From: an archaeon
Lineage (GTDB): Archaea > Iainarchaeota > Iainarchaeia > Iainarchaeales > JANQMZ01
Direction of reading: 5' to 3'
NCBI GenBank assembly: GCA_028279805.1
Contig: JANQMZ010000007.1
Location: 390,001-422,000 of the forward strand
DNA length: 32,000 nt
Made by a program: the position numbers and the translations under genes. Below, in pieces: positions 16,109-25,789 of the stretch (the stretch's first letter is position 1; every line of letters starts with the position of its first letter). Under the pieces are notes generated by a model. The model was not told the DNA's origin and searched no databases. It saw only the letters and a list, made by a program, of their open reading frames with translations.

Positions 16109-17323
16109 ATGCAATTATTTAAAAACACTTTTCGCGAATGGTGGCAAGTTCCAAGAAGAGCCGGTGAGAGGATTGAGCACAGGCAAGTCACATTTTTGGA
16201 GCTATTTTATGATTTAGTTTATGTTGTTTTAATTGCACAATTAGCCCATTCACTTTCACACCATTTAAATGTTACAGGAATTATTAATTTTGTTTTTCTA
16301 TTTGTAATTGTTTGGTGGGCTTGGTTTAATGGAACAAGTTATCATGATACTCACGGAAATAATGACATTAGAACAAGGTTCTATACTTTTCTCCAAATGC
16401 TTTTTGTAGTAGGAATGGCCTTATTTGCACAAAATGCTATTGGAGAAGGTTCAGTAGGTTTTGCTATTTCATATGCATTATTTCAACTGACTTTGACAAT
16501 ACTTTGGTGGAGAACAGGAATACATGATTTAGATCATAAACCTTTATCTCAACCATATTCAATCGTGTTTTTATTCAACACAATATTGTTTGCTGCATCC
16601 ATTTTCTTTGCAGAGCCGTTAAGGTATTACATATGGGGATTTGCAGTATTACTTTCATTACTTCTCCCATTTGTTTTACTAAAACAGGCAAGAGTCAATC
16701 CAAAAGCGAAAGCCCAATGGGATATTGTAAGGAATATTTCACCTTCAATGGTTGAAAGATTTGGATTGTTCACAATCATTGTTCTTGGAGAAGTTGTTTT
16801 AGGAGTTGTTTCTGGAGTTTCTGTAGATCATGGCCTATCCTTAACAGTCGTTGGCACTGCACTACTGGGAACACTTATTGCGATTGGAATTTGGTGGTCT
16901 TATTTTGATTCAGTTTCACACAAGATTCCAAAAAAAGAAGAAATTCATTTTGCAAGCTGGTTTTATTTACATTTACCAATGACAATGGGAATTGCTGCAG
17001 CTGGAGCAGCAATTTTAAATGCTTTAGAGCATCCAGGAGAAATAATGCAAATTGAAGCTCATTTACTTCTTTTAATTTCACTTGCAATTGTTCTTGTCTG
17101 CATTGCCCTATTAACAAGAACAGTAAACCATCCAAAAGAACAAATGGCTTATATTTCAAAGGGAAGGCAAAAATTAATTTTTTCATCAGCCTTAATTATC
17201 CTATTAGGATTTGTTAGCTTGAACTCAATTTATATCCTGACAATTCTTGTATTTTTATTGTTTTTGCCAATTGTCTTTAGCATATTAGAATGGATGAAAT
17301 TGGTTGATAAGAAAAAAGAGTGA
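16109..17323 (+). CDS. Low temperature requirement protein A (LtrA) family membrane protein
   Basis: RRAGERIEHRQVTFLELFYDLVYVVLIAQLAHSL, repeated TM helices. ATG at 16109 avoids overlap with tetR. Confidence 0.88.
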   Translation: MQLFKNTFREWWQVPRRAGERIEHRQVTFLELFYDLVYVVLIAQLAHSLSHHLNVTGIINFVFLFVIVWWAWFNGTSYHDTHGNNDIRTRFYTFLQMLFVVGMALFAQNAIGEGSVGFAISYALFQLTLTILWWRTGIHDLDHKPLSQPYSIVFLFNTILFAASIFFAEPLRYYIWGFAVLLSLLLPFVLLKQARVNPKAKAQWDIVRNISPSMVERFGLFTIIVLGEVVLGVVSGVSVDHGLSLTVVGTALLGTLIAIGIWWSYFDSVSHKIPKKEEIHFASWFYLHLPMTMGIAAAGAAILNALEHPGEIMQIEAHLLLLISLAIVLVCIALLTRTVNHPKEQMAYISKGRQKLIFSSALIILLGFVSLNSIYILTILVFLLFLPIVFSILEWMKLVDKKKE

Positions 17324-17444
17324 TTTGATGAAAAGACTACTATCAAAAAACCGCTCACTTCGCCCTAATTCTGGCAAGTCTGGGAGCTGGGATTACTGAT
17401 TATTTTATGCAAAACAATAAATTTACAGGAAGAATAGGTTTTAT

Positions 17445-18236
17445 ATGAGTGCAAGTTTTTCCGGAAATCGTAGTATTTTTCCTGCTCAGGAATATCTTAA
17501 AAGAGAAGCTAATCATTTACAACGTTTAAAAGATGCTGTTGAAAAACGCGATGTTGAAAAAATTAGAAGTGTTTTGGAAGAGTATCCTCTTTTTGGAACA
17601 TTATATTACGGCAAAACTTTTGAAGAAAAAAAAGAATTGGTTGATTTGCTTTTAACTGCTTCACGAATGATTGAACAAAAATATCCCCAGTACCATGAGG
17701 GATTAAAAGAATTAAAACCGGGAGATGTTATTCTAACAAGAGATAATACCAGAATAAGCAAATGGTTAAGGTTTTGGCAATCTGCTTTTCCGGGAAGAAA
17801 GGCAAGTACAAGCCACATTGCAATTTATTTGGAAAACGGTTGGATGATAAGCGCATATGGTTGGCCGTATGACAGAATTGTTTTAGAGCATGTGAAAAAA
17901 TTAGCTGACAAAGGTAAATTTACTGTTAAAGTGCTTAGATTAAAAGGAGAACATGGAGAAATTAACAGAGAAACATTAAGAAATTTTTTAACGGAAGCCG
18001 TTGGAAAAAGATATGCATCTTTTTTATTTACATTCGGACAAGTGCTTGGAAGAAGAACAAGAAAACATTTATCACATGCAGAAAAACACACTTGCGGGAC
18101 GCTTGCAGCAGAAGCATTACAGGAAAGCACCGGAAAAAGGTTTGATATTGGAGCGCACTGGCCGAGAGATTTTGAACATAGTTCTTTATTTAATCCAGTA
18201 ACACAATTTAGTGGGAGAAACCATAAAAGAAGGTGA
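17445..18236 (+). CDS. Permuted papain-like (YiiX/NlpC-P60 superfamily) putative amidase or peptidase
   Basis: KPGDVILTRDNT...SHIAIYLENGWMISAYG (His region) and HTCGTLAAEALQESTG (Cys region), in the circularly permuted order His before Cys. Confidence 0.7.
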   Translation: MSASFSGNRSIFPAQEYLKREANHLQRLKDAVEKRDVEKIRSVLEEYPLFGTLYYGKTFEEKKELVDLLLTASRMIEQKYPQYHEGLKELKPGDVILTRDNTRISKWLRFWQSAFPGRKASTSHIAIYLENGWMISAYGWPYDRIVLEHVKKLADKGKFTVKVLRLKGEHGEINRETLRNFLTEAVGKRYASFLFTFGQVLGRRTRKHLSHAEKHTCGTLAAEALQESTGKRFDIGAHWPRDFEHSSLFNPVTQFSGRNHKRR

Positions 18237-18242
18237 ATAAAA

Positions 18243-18692
18243 TTGCAGAGTAAAGCTAAAACGGTTAAAGAGTATTTGAATGAATTGCCTGAGGAAAGAA
18301 AAAAATCAATTTCTCTTGTCAGAAAAATTATTTTGAAAAATTTGCCAAAAGGGTATAAGGAAACAATGCAGTATGGAATGATTGGATATGTTGTTCCGTT
18401 AAAACATTATCCAAAAGGTTATTTGAATGATGAAAAAACGCCATTGCCTTATGTAAGCCTTGCTTCTCAAAAAAATCATATGGCTGTTTATTTAAGCAAT
18501 ATTTATGCTGATAAAAAATTAAGTAAATGGTTTACAACTGAATATAAAAAAAGTGGAAAAAAAATGGATGTGGGAAAATCCTGTGTTCGTTTTAGAAAAT
18601 TAGAAAATTTGCCTGTTGAATTAATTGGAAAAGCTGTTAAAAAAACTTCAATGAAAAAGTTTATTGAAATGTATGAAAAAAGAAAAAAATGA
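18243..18692 (+). CDS. DUF1801-like protein
   Basis: TVKEYLNELPEERKKSISLVRKIILKNLPKGYKETMQYGMIGYVVPL, with C-terminal CVRFRKLENLPVELIGKAVK. Confidence 0.75.
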   Translation: MQSKAKTVKEYLNELPEERKKSISLVRKIILKNLPKGYKETMQYGMIGYVVPLKHYPKGYLNDEKTPLPYVSLASQKNHMAVYLSNIYADKKLSKWFTTEYKKSGKKMDVGKSCVRFRKLENLPVELIGKAVKKTSMKKFIEMYEKRKK

Positions 18693-18699
18693 AAAGCCT

Positions 18700-18762
18700 T
18701 TATTGGTCTTTGATAAGGCGGTCCATTAATTCATCCATTTTTGCTGATTCTTCTTCGGTCAT
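18700..18762 (-). CDS. Possible 20-aa peptide, or the C-terminal remnant of the adjacent 68-aa ORF
   Basis: MTEEESAKMDELMDRLIKDQ*, in the same frame as the 18787-18993 ORF after a UAA and eight sense codons. Confidence 0.4.
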   Translation of the reverse strand: MTEEESAKMDELMDRLIKDQ

Positions 18763-18786
18763 TGAAATCTGATATTTAAATGTTGA

Positions 18787-18993
18787 TTATCTGATTTCGA
18801 TTCCTCTTCCCTGTAATTGTTTGGCTACTTCAGACTGGCTGACATTAAATTTTCTGGAAGAATTTATAACCATTTGAGTAGTTACCACTGTCAAACCGGC
18901 AGCCTGAGCGCCTCTTATAACATCCTGAGCTGCTCTTTTTATGTTAACTTTAATTTGTTTTCTTGAAACACCTCTCCTACGCCCTTGAGTCAT
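18787..18993 (-). CDS. Small basic hypothetical protein, 68 aa
   Basis: MTQGRRRGVSRKQIKVNIKRAAQDVIRG..., divergent from the 19031 gene, with an AT-rich TATA-like upstream region. Confidence 0.65.
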   Translation of the reverse strand: MTQGRRRGVSRKQIKVNIKRAAQDVIRGAQAAGLTVVTTQMVINSSRKFNVSQSEVAKQLQGRGIEIR

Positions 18994-19030
18994 AAAAGAA
19001 TATTAAAATTCTCTTATTTAAATTTTTAGT

Positions 19031-20482
19031 ATGGACTTACAAAAAAGAACACTTTTAATTTTACTAATTTTACTGATTTTCGGAGCTTTTTTAAGATTTT
19101 ATGGTTTGGGAGAACAAAGTTTTTGGTTGGATGAGGCAATAACCACAAATGCAGCAAAAGCATTAATTGAAACTGGAACTCCGACATTTGATTCAGGGCA
19201 TGTTTATAATCAAAGAATTCTGAATACTTTTTTAATCGGATTATCAATGCAATTTTTTGGTTTTAATGAAATGGCTGCAAGAATTCCCGCAGTTTTGTTT
19301 GGCTTATTGACAATATTAATTGTTTATTTTTTTGTTAAAAGCATTTCAAATGAAAAACTGGCTTTAATGTCAGGCTTTTTTGTAACATTTGTAACATTGT
19401 TTATTGGCTGGTCAAGGCAGGCCAGAATGTATCAGCAATTGCAGTTTTTTTATCTGGCTTCACTTTTTCTGTTTTACAAGTATACTGAAACAAAAAAACC
19501 GGAATATTTGATTTTAACAATTTTAAGTACAATAGCAGCAATTTTTTCGCATGAATTTGCTTATTTGCTTTTGATAATTTATGCTTTTTATTTTGTCATA
19601 ATAAAAGGAATTGAATGGCATAAAAAGAGGAGATTAAAATTAGAATTAAAACCGGTTTTGATTGCCGGAATTCTTTTGGCTGGATTGTTTTTTCTTGGTT
19701 TGAATCAGGCAATTGAATATGTTTTACAGAACAGGGTTAACTATTTCTGGATTTATTTAAATTATTTGCATAATGAATTTTTTGTATTTTTTTACTTAAG
19801 TCTGACCGGAATGGTTATTGCTTTAAGGGAAAAAATTAAAACAAGTTTAATGGTTTTGGCATTTATTATTCCTTTTGTTGTTTTATCAAGCTCTGTGTTG
19901 TTGTTACATTTTCGTTACCTGTTTTTTATTTTGCCTTTAATGTTTGTTTTTTCAGCTTATTCAATTTTTTATTTTTATGAATTGTTAAAAAACAAGTTTG
20001 ATTTAAAAATTGCAAAAATTTTTGGAATAATTGTTTTTGTTTTAATTGTTTTTGCTTCAAATGCTTTTACTTTTGTTCCTCAAAATGAATATTATTTGGA
20101 CAGATTTTCTCCCCAGCCGGATTTTAAAAAAGCTTATTCTTTTCTGGAAGAAAACAATGCTCAAATTGTGATTGATTCGTGGCCTGCTGTTGGAAAGCAT
20201 TTCAGGGGAAAATCAGATTACTGGATTTATTTTAACATTACCGGCGTAAAAAAAGACCTTTTAATTGATGATTCTCATGAAATTTATGCAAATGCTGTTG
20301 CTTTGAGAGATAAAAAAGAATTAGAAGAATTTTTGGAACAGGATGAAAAAGTGTGGCTTTTGATGGATAATACTGCATGGATTAAGTTGTCGCCGGAGCA
20401 AAAAAATGTTATTCAGAATCAAATGGTGGAAATTAAAGAATTTGTTAATGACAAGTTCTGGATTAAAATTTATTCAACGTGA
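19031..20482 (+). CDS. GT-C fold glycosyltransferase, PMT/ArnT-like
   Basis: Many TM helices; N-terminal FLRFYGLGEQSFWLDEAITTNAAKAL (DE motif in the first extracellular loop). Confidence 0.88.
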   Translation: MDLQKRTLLILLILLIFGAFLRFYGLGEQSFWLDEAITTNAAKALIETGTPTFDSGHVYNQRILNTFLIGLSMQFFGFNEMAARIPAVLFGLLTILIVYFFVKSISNEKLALMSGFFVTFVTLFIGWSRQARMYQQLQFFYLASLFLFYKYTETKKPEYLILTILSTIAAIFSHEFAYLLLIIYAFYFVIIKGIEWHKKRRLKLELKPVLIAGILLAGLFFLGLNQAIEYVLQNRVNYFWIYLNYLHNEFFVFFYLSLTGMVIALREKIKTSLMVLAFIIPFVVLSSSVLLLHFRYLFFILPLMFVFSAYSIFYFYELLKNKFDLKIAKIFGIIVFVLIVFASNAFTFVPQNEYYLDRFSPQPDFKKAYSFLEENNAQIVIDSWPAVGKHFRGKSDYWIYFNITGVKKDLLIDDSHEIYANAVALRDKKELEEFLEQDEKVWLLMDNTAWIKLSPEQKNVIQNQMVEIKEFVNDKFWIKIYST

Positions 20483-22416
20483 TTAAAATGAAACAAACAA
20501 TGAAAGAAACAATAAAACTGTTATTGCCGGCTTTAATTATTTTTTATTTTTTTGTTTTAATTGCAAGAAATTTTAACCCTTTTTTATTGCCAAACATTGA
20601 GGACAGAATTTTTTTAGCTTTAATTCCGACACTTTTTTTGTTTGTAATAATTTATTTGCCTGAATATATTGCAAAAAGCCGGAGTAAAATTGTTAACAAT
20701 GTTTTAAATTTTCTGAAAAAAGTTCAGCAAAATAAACAATTAAAAACAGTTGTTACAAATTTTTTCTTTTTTCTTTTGCTGGTGCTTTTAGTTGATGCTT
20801 ATTTTTTGTTTTTGGAATCTTTTACAGTTATTCTGGCAATAATTACCGCTTTTTTAGGAATAATTACTTTCTGGTTAAACAAGCATTTGCTGGCTACAGA
20901 GCATGAATGGATTGTTGATGACAGGATTTATAAAATTGGCTTTATTGCAATTATTTTGCTGAATTTGTTTTTCACTTTTAACGGTTTTACTGATATCAGC
21001 ATTAATCCTGATGCACAGCAATGGTTAGGACGCGGAGTTAATTATTTTTCTTATTTTTTCGGAGAACAAATTCAACAGGAACTGATTTCCTTTTATGATT
21101 TGGATTTTTGGGAGCTAACCAATACTCCTGGTTTAACAAGTGCTTTTTTAGTTGGTTTGAGCTTGTATTTGTCTTATTTGTTTAATTTTTCAACTGACCC
21201 TGTTTTTGTTGCAAGATTGCCTTTTGCTTTATTGTCAATTGTTTTTATTATTGTGTTTTATTTTTTAAGCCAGAAATTTGTTGATAAAAAAACAAGTTTT
21301 TTTGCAACAGTTTTTTTGTCATTATCTCCTTTTTTTCAGTTTTTAAGCAGGGAAATTCATCTGGATTTTTTACTGGGTTTTTTTATTTTTTTAACAGTGT
21401 ACTTTTATTATGCTTACCAGGAAAAACATGACAACAAGAATTTGATTTTATTTTCATTATTTTTTGGACTGGCGATTTTAACAAAAGTTACCGCGTTATT
21501 TTTAGTGCCATTAATTGGTTTTATTGAAATTACAAAAATTTCAAAAACAAAAAAAATCAACCTAAAACACTATTTTATTGCAGCTTTTGTGGTTTTGGGC
21601 CTGATTGTTGCCGCCTGGCCGGGTTTAATTCAGAATCCTGTTGAAAAAAGCCTTGATTTGGTTGGTTACACCGGGGACATTTCCACCTCCCAAACTCACA
21701 GAGGTTTTTGGTTCGGAACACTTGGCTCTTTGCCGTTTTATTATTATGCTTTTATTTTGCTGATAAAACTGCCTTTGATTTTTTTAGCGTTTTTGTTACT
21801 GGGTTCTTTGCGTTCTTTGAAAAAAAATTATTTTTTAATTCCGGCATTGTTTATGATTTTAACTTCAATCAGCACCAAAATGGCTGACCGTTATCTGATA
21901 ACCGTGTGGCCTTTTTTGCTTTTAATAATAGGAACAGGGTTTGTGACATTAACAGAATTTATTCGTGCAAGATTTAATTTAAAAATGGCAAAAATGTTAA
22001 TGGCTTTAACACTTGTTTTTGTTTTGTTAAATATTTTAATTGTTGTGCCAAATTACGGATTGTATTATAATTCTTTAATCGGCAAAACGGAAAATGCTCA
22101 GAATTATATCAGGTTCGGCTGGGGAGAAGATTCAAAAAAAGCTGCAGAATTTGTAAATGAAAAATATGGCAATGCAAGCATTGCGGCTTTTACTTATTCT
22201 TATGATACAGGTTATTATTCTCATGGAAATACAATAGCTGCGCTGCATCCTGGCTGGGAAGACCAGGATTTATTGCTGGTTTCAGTTTCCAAAAGGGTTT
22301 TATTGCATGAAAATCATCCTGTGCAGAAAATAATAAATGAAAATGAGCCGATTGATGTTATTTTTGTTCAGGGAATTCCTATGACAGAAGTTTATGATTT
22401 AAAAAATATTAATTAG
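20479..22416 (+). CDS. GT-C fold glycosyltransferase, PMT-like; start may be ATG 20488
   Basis: Many TM helices, FFATVFLSLSPFFQFLSREIHLDFLLGFF and LGSLPFYYYAFILLIKLPLIFLAF. Overlaps the end of the preceding GT-C gene. Confidence 0.85.
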   Translation: MIKMKQTMKETIKLLLPALIIFYFFVLIARNFNPFLLPNIEDRIFLALIPTLFLFVIIYLPEYIAKSRSKIVNNVLNFLKKVQQNKQLKTVVTNFFFFLLLVLLVDAYFLFLESFTVILAIITAFLGIITFWLNKHLLATEHEWIVDDRIYKIGFIAIILLNLFFTFNGFTDISINPDAQQWLGRGVNYFSYFFGEQIQQELISFYDLDFWELTNTPGLTSAFLVGLSLYLSYLFNFSTDPVFVARLPFALLSIVFIIVFYFLSQKFVDKKTSFFATVFLSLSPFFQFLSREIHLDFLLGFFIFLTVYFYYAYQEKHDNKNLILFSLFFGLAILTKVTALFLVPLIGFIEITKISKTKKINLKHYFIAAFVVLGLIVAAWPGLIQNPVEKSLDLVGYTGDISTSQTHRGFWFGTLGSLPFYYYAFILLIKLPLIFLAFLLLGSLRSLKKNYFLIPALFMILTSISTKMADRYLITVWPFLLLIIGTGFVTLTEFIRARFNLKMAKMLMALTLVFVLLNILIVVPNYGLYYNSLIGKTENAQNYIRFGWGEDSKKAAEFVNEKYGNASIAAFTYSYDTGYYSHGNTIAALHPGWEDQDLLLVSVSKRVLLHENHPVQKIINENEPIDVIFVQGIPMTEVYDLKNIN

Positions 22417-23176
22417 ATTTGATTTGCATAAAAGGAATTGTTCCCAATGCTCTGTAAATCAGTCCAACAAAATGTAAAATAAATGAAGCTAAAACAGCCT
22501 GCTCAATACTAATTGCAAAAAGCATTCCGAACTGAATAAATAAAAATTCCCTTATTCCCAGACCACTGAATGATATTGGCAAAACTGTTAAAATTATTAC
22601 AACAGGAACCAGTAAGAGCAGAAAAAAATAATTAATTTCTATTCCGACTGCCAAAAAAGAAATCTGGTAAGTGAATGCAACCAAAAACAAATACAATAAA
22701 GCAAAAATTGAATGTTTAAATAATTCTTTTTTTGAAACAAATGCCTGTTTTAAAAAAGAAAATTTTCCGAAAAAATTTTCAAACAAATAAAACAATTGAA
22801 TGGATATAAATACAAATATTAAAATTAAAGGAATTAAAAACAAAAAATCAAAATCAAAATAATACAATAAAAAGGCGATAAAACCGGCTTCTAAATACCA
22901 TAAAAAGGAAAAAACCCTGTCAATCATTGAGGACAAAAAAGCGTCTTTTTTGTTTTTATGGGAAACAGCCTTATAACTTTCACTTCCCAATGCTCCTAAA
23001 AAAAACAAATTAACAAAATCAGCTGCCCAGTAAAGTTTTAATAATTTCTTGAATTCAATCGGGTTTGATTTGTTTAAAAAAATATGCCATTTTTTTGACA
23101 TTAAAAAAAGTTTTGGAAAAATAAGAACAAACAAAAAAACCAAAAATAAAGGGTTAACATTTTGAATGTTTGCCAA
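22409..23176 (-). CDS. Lysylphosphatidylglycerol synthase TM region / flippase-like (UPF0104) protein; N-terminus probably extends to about 23292
   Basis: FLGALGSESYKAVSHKNKKDAFLSSMIDR, FSGLGIREFLFIQFG. The upstream reading frame encodes a further TM helix with no canonical start codon. Confidence 0.8.
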   Translation of the reverse strand: MANIQNVNPLFLVFLFVLIFPKLFLMSKKWHIFLNKSNPIEFKKLLKLYWAADFVNLFFLGALGSESYKAVSHKNKKDAFLSSMIDRVFSFLWYLEAGFIAFLLYYFDFDFLFLIPLILIFVFISIQLFYLFENFFGKFSFLKQAFVSKKELFKHSIFALLYLFLVAFTYQISFLAVGIEINYFFLLLLVPVVIILTVLPISFSGLGIREFLFIQFGMLFAISIEQAVLASFILHFVGLIYRALGTIPFMQIKSN

Positions 23177-23285
23177 AAATTCGTCTAAATTAATCTGGTT
23201 AAAAACCAGCCATAAAATTGAAAAACTGAAAATTATTTTAATCCAGAAAGAATTTTTTTTAAAAAAATCAATAAATTTTTGAATG

Positions 23286-24509
23286 CTACCACCTTTGAAT
23301 CAGTTTTTTAAAATATTTTTCAGCATACCATGCAACAATAAACTGCGGAATTAATCTTGATTTTTTAAAAAACTGCAACAAGTTCCAGAAAATTTTATTA
23401 AACAATGTTTTTGTTTCAGTTTTTTTCTTAACTTTTTCAAAATTTTTCAAAGCAAAATTTTCAGCAAACTTTCTCGGAAAATCTTTTGAGTTTTCACATA
23501 ATTTTAACATTTTTTGAATTCTTTTGCTTAAATAAGCAAAATACATGCTTTCTATTTTATGTTTTGATACTCCGGTAAAATCTATTGCATTTCCCAGCCT
23601 TCCGCCACAATTTGAAACAAAAAATGGCACACTTAAAATTTTTCTTTTATGTAAAATTTTTTCAGCTTTCCAGGTAACAGGACTGTTGGAACCGGGGCAA
23701 ACAATTTTTGCTTTTATTTTTGAAGCATTTTTTTCATTAATTGAATAACCTCGGCCGCACGGAACAACCATGTCGCATTTTAATTCTAATAATTTCAATA
23801 ACGGAATTTTTTTCCAGTTTCCTTTTTGCAAAACAAATTTGTTTCCGTGTTTTTTTTGAAGTTGTAAAATTTTTTCAATATCTAAACCGTTTTCATTGTA
23901 AATGGCTCCATGATGAGTTGATAAGGCAATTATTTTTGAACCTTTTTTGTGAAAAAGTTTTGCTGCATTTAATCCAACACTTCCAAATCCTTCAATTGCA
24001 ACTGAAGCATTTTCCAGTTCAATATTTTTCAGTTTGGCTGATTCAATTGCTGCAATAAAAACAGATAAAGCGGTAAAATAACCAGAAATTCCTTTTGTTC
24101 TTTTAACGCTTTTTTCTCCAATTGCGTGCATTGTTGAGTCTACTTCCTTTTGGCTTGTGTTCATATCTGCGCCAATGCCGTAAACACGCTTTTTAACAAG
24201 AGGTTTTGCTATTTCCGCAAAACGTTTTAACAAAAACATTTTTTTTTCTTTTGAAATTTTTTCAATGTCTGCAACAATTGCAGATTTTGCTCCACCTTTG
24301 GGCAAACCCAAAAATCCGCTTTTTAAAGTCATTCCTCTGGCCAAATCCTTAACTTCATCAAGGTTGGCATCTTTTATCATTCTCAAGCCGCCGGCACTTT
24401 GGCTGTTAACAGATGAATCAATTACAATGAATCCTTTTAATCCTGCAGAAGAGTCCTGAATTAAACAATACAATTGTCCGTCTAATGATTTAAATACCGG
24501 GTCAGTCAT
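23286..24509 (-). CDS. Glu/Leu/Phe/Val dehydrogenase family protein
   Basis: GFLGLPKGGAKSAIV, YGIGADMNTSQKEVD, VAIEGFGSVGLNAAKLFHKKGSKIIAL. Confidence 0.88.
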   Translation of the reverse strand: MTDPVFKSLDGQLYCLIQDSSAGLKGFIVIDSSVNSQSAGGLRMIKDANLDEVKDLARGMTLKSGFLGLPKGGAKSAIVADIEKISKEKKMFLLKRFAEIAKPLVKKRVYGIGADMNTSQKEVDSTMHAIGEKSVKRTKGISGYFTALSVFIAAIESAKLKNIELENASVAIEGFGSVGLNAAKLFHKKGSKIIALSTHHGAIYNENGLDIEKILQLQKKHGNKFVLQKGNWKKIPLLKLLELKCDMVVPCGRGYSINEKNASKIKAKIVCPGSNSPVTWKAEKILHKRKILSVPFFVSNCGGRLGNAIDFTGVSKHKIESMYFAYLSKRIQKMLKLCENSKDFPRKFAENFALKNFEKVKKKTETKTLFNKIFWNLLQFFKKSRLIPQFIVAWYAEKYFKKLIQRW

Positions 24510-25789
24510 TTTTTCACCTTTGAACGCACAGTGCGATATTTTCCTGTTTTTTCTCTTGGAATTTTTTCAACAATATCAATAATTAAATCCGTTTCATTAT
24601 TAACCCTTTTTAAAATTTTTTTTCGGATGTCTTTTTCTGATTTTTTTGAGAATTCCTTGGTTGTTCTTATTTTTATTCTTATCAGGTTTTTTTTCTCCTG
24701 AATTATTTGATATTGTTTTACTCCTAAAGCATCTTCAAGAATAAAAGTTAAGGAATAAGGGGAAATAATTTTGCCTGAAGGGAGCAAAATAAAATCGGTG
24801 GATCTTCCGATTAAAACACCCATTAATGGGAAGGATCTGCCGCAAGAACATTTTTCGTCCAACGGTTTTCCTACATCGCCAACAGTATAACGGATTAAAG
24901 GCATTGCTTTATTGTAAAGTGTTGTGCAAACAATTTCCCCTTCCTGGTTTGCATTAACATGTTTGCTGTTTTTAACAAATTCAACAAAAAAAGAATCAGA
25001 ATTAATATGATAATGTTTTCTTTCTTTGCACTGCCAGCTGATTTCCTTTAATTCAACCAGACCATAAATATCATAAAGAGGTGCATTAAAAATCTTTTCA
25101 ATTAATTTTCTTTGTTTTAATGATAACATTTCAGCTGTTGAGAAAAGCATTTTTGGTTTAACATAATTAATATTGTTTTTTTCAAGAAACTCAGCTATTT
25201 TGAAAAGAAATGAAGGCATTGATTCAATTATGGTAGGCTTAAAATGTTTATAGAAAAAAACTGGCTCTTCCAAATTTTCAAAAATTGAAAAATGTTTAAG
25301 CCTCGAAAGCTTGTCCATTAATGAAAATTTTTGTTTTTCTCCTCTGCCCTTTTTTTTACCGGTAGCAGCACTAATTACCGCTATTTTATCAAAAACACTT
25401 AAACCGCACGCCCTCCTTGTTCTAAGCTTTAACAAATATTTTCCATAAATCCATGAATCTCTGTCAAAAAACGATTCAACCGGTTCACCTGTTGAGCCGG
25501 TGGTTTTTCCCTTATGCAATTCATTTAATGAATAATTTTGAGAAATAACTGGAAAATTTTTTCTCAATTCTTCTTTTGTTGTAACCGGAATTTTCAACAT
25601 GTCTTTTTTTGTTTTAATGTCATTCGGGGTTATGCCTGCTTTTTGAAATTTTTTTCTGTAAAAAGGAACGGTTTCATAAGCATGATTTAAAATTTGTTTT
25701 AATTTTTTCCACTGCAGTTCTTCCAGTTCTTCCGGTTTTAGCCACTGGTTTCTGCTTAACTTATAATATTGCCACAAATGCTTAATCAT
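24506..25789 (-). CDS. PaaK/CapK-like adenylate-forming enzyme
   Basis: GKTTGSTGEPVESFFDRD, YDIYGLVELKEISWQC, YTVGDVGKP, EKIPREKTGKYRTV. Confidence 0.85.
   Translation of the reverse strand: MIKHLWQYYKLSRNQWLKPEELEELQWKKLKQILNHAYETVPFYRKKFQKAGITPNDIKTKKDMLKIPVTTKEELRKNFPVISQNYSLNELHKGKTTGSTGEPVESFFDRDSWIYGKYLLKLRTRRACGLSVFDKIAVISAATGKKKGRGEKQKFSLMDKLSRLKHFSIFENLEEPVFFYKHFKPTIIESMPSFLFKIAEFLEKNNINYVKPKMLFSTAEMLSLKQRKLIEKIFNAPLYDIYGLVELKEISWQCKERKHYHINSDSFFVEFVKNSKHVNANQEGEIVCTTLYNKAMPLIRYTVGDVGKPLDEKCSCGRSFPLMGVLIGRSTDFILLPSGKIISPYSLTFILEDALGVKQYQIIQEKKNLIRIKIRTTKEFSKKSEKDIRKKILKRVNNETDLIIDIVEKIPREKTGKYRTVRSKVKK

Noticed and set aside
17324-17444. C-box-like TTGATGA followed by CTGA in the intergenic region, a possible second C/D sRNA
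   Set aside because: No C'/D' pair, no 12-nt guide spacing and no terminal stem; spacing of about 65 nt is unsupported.
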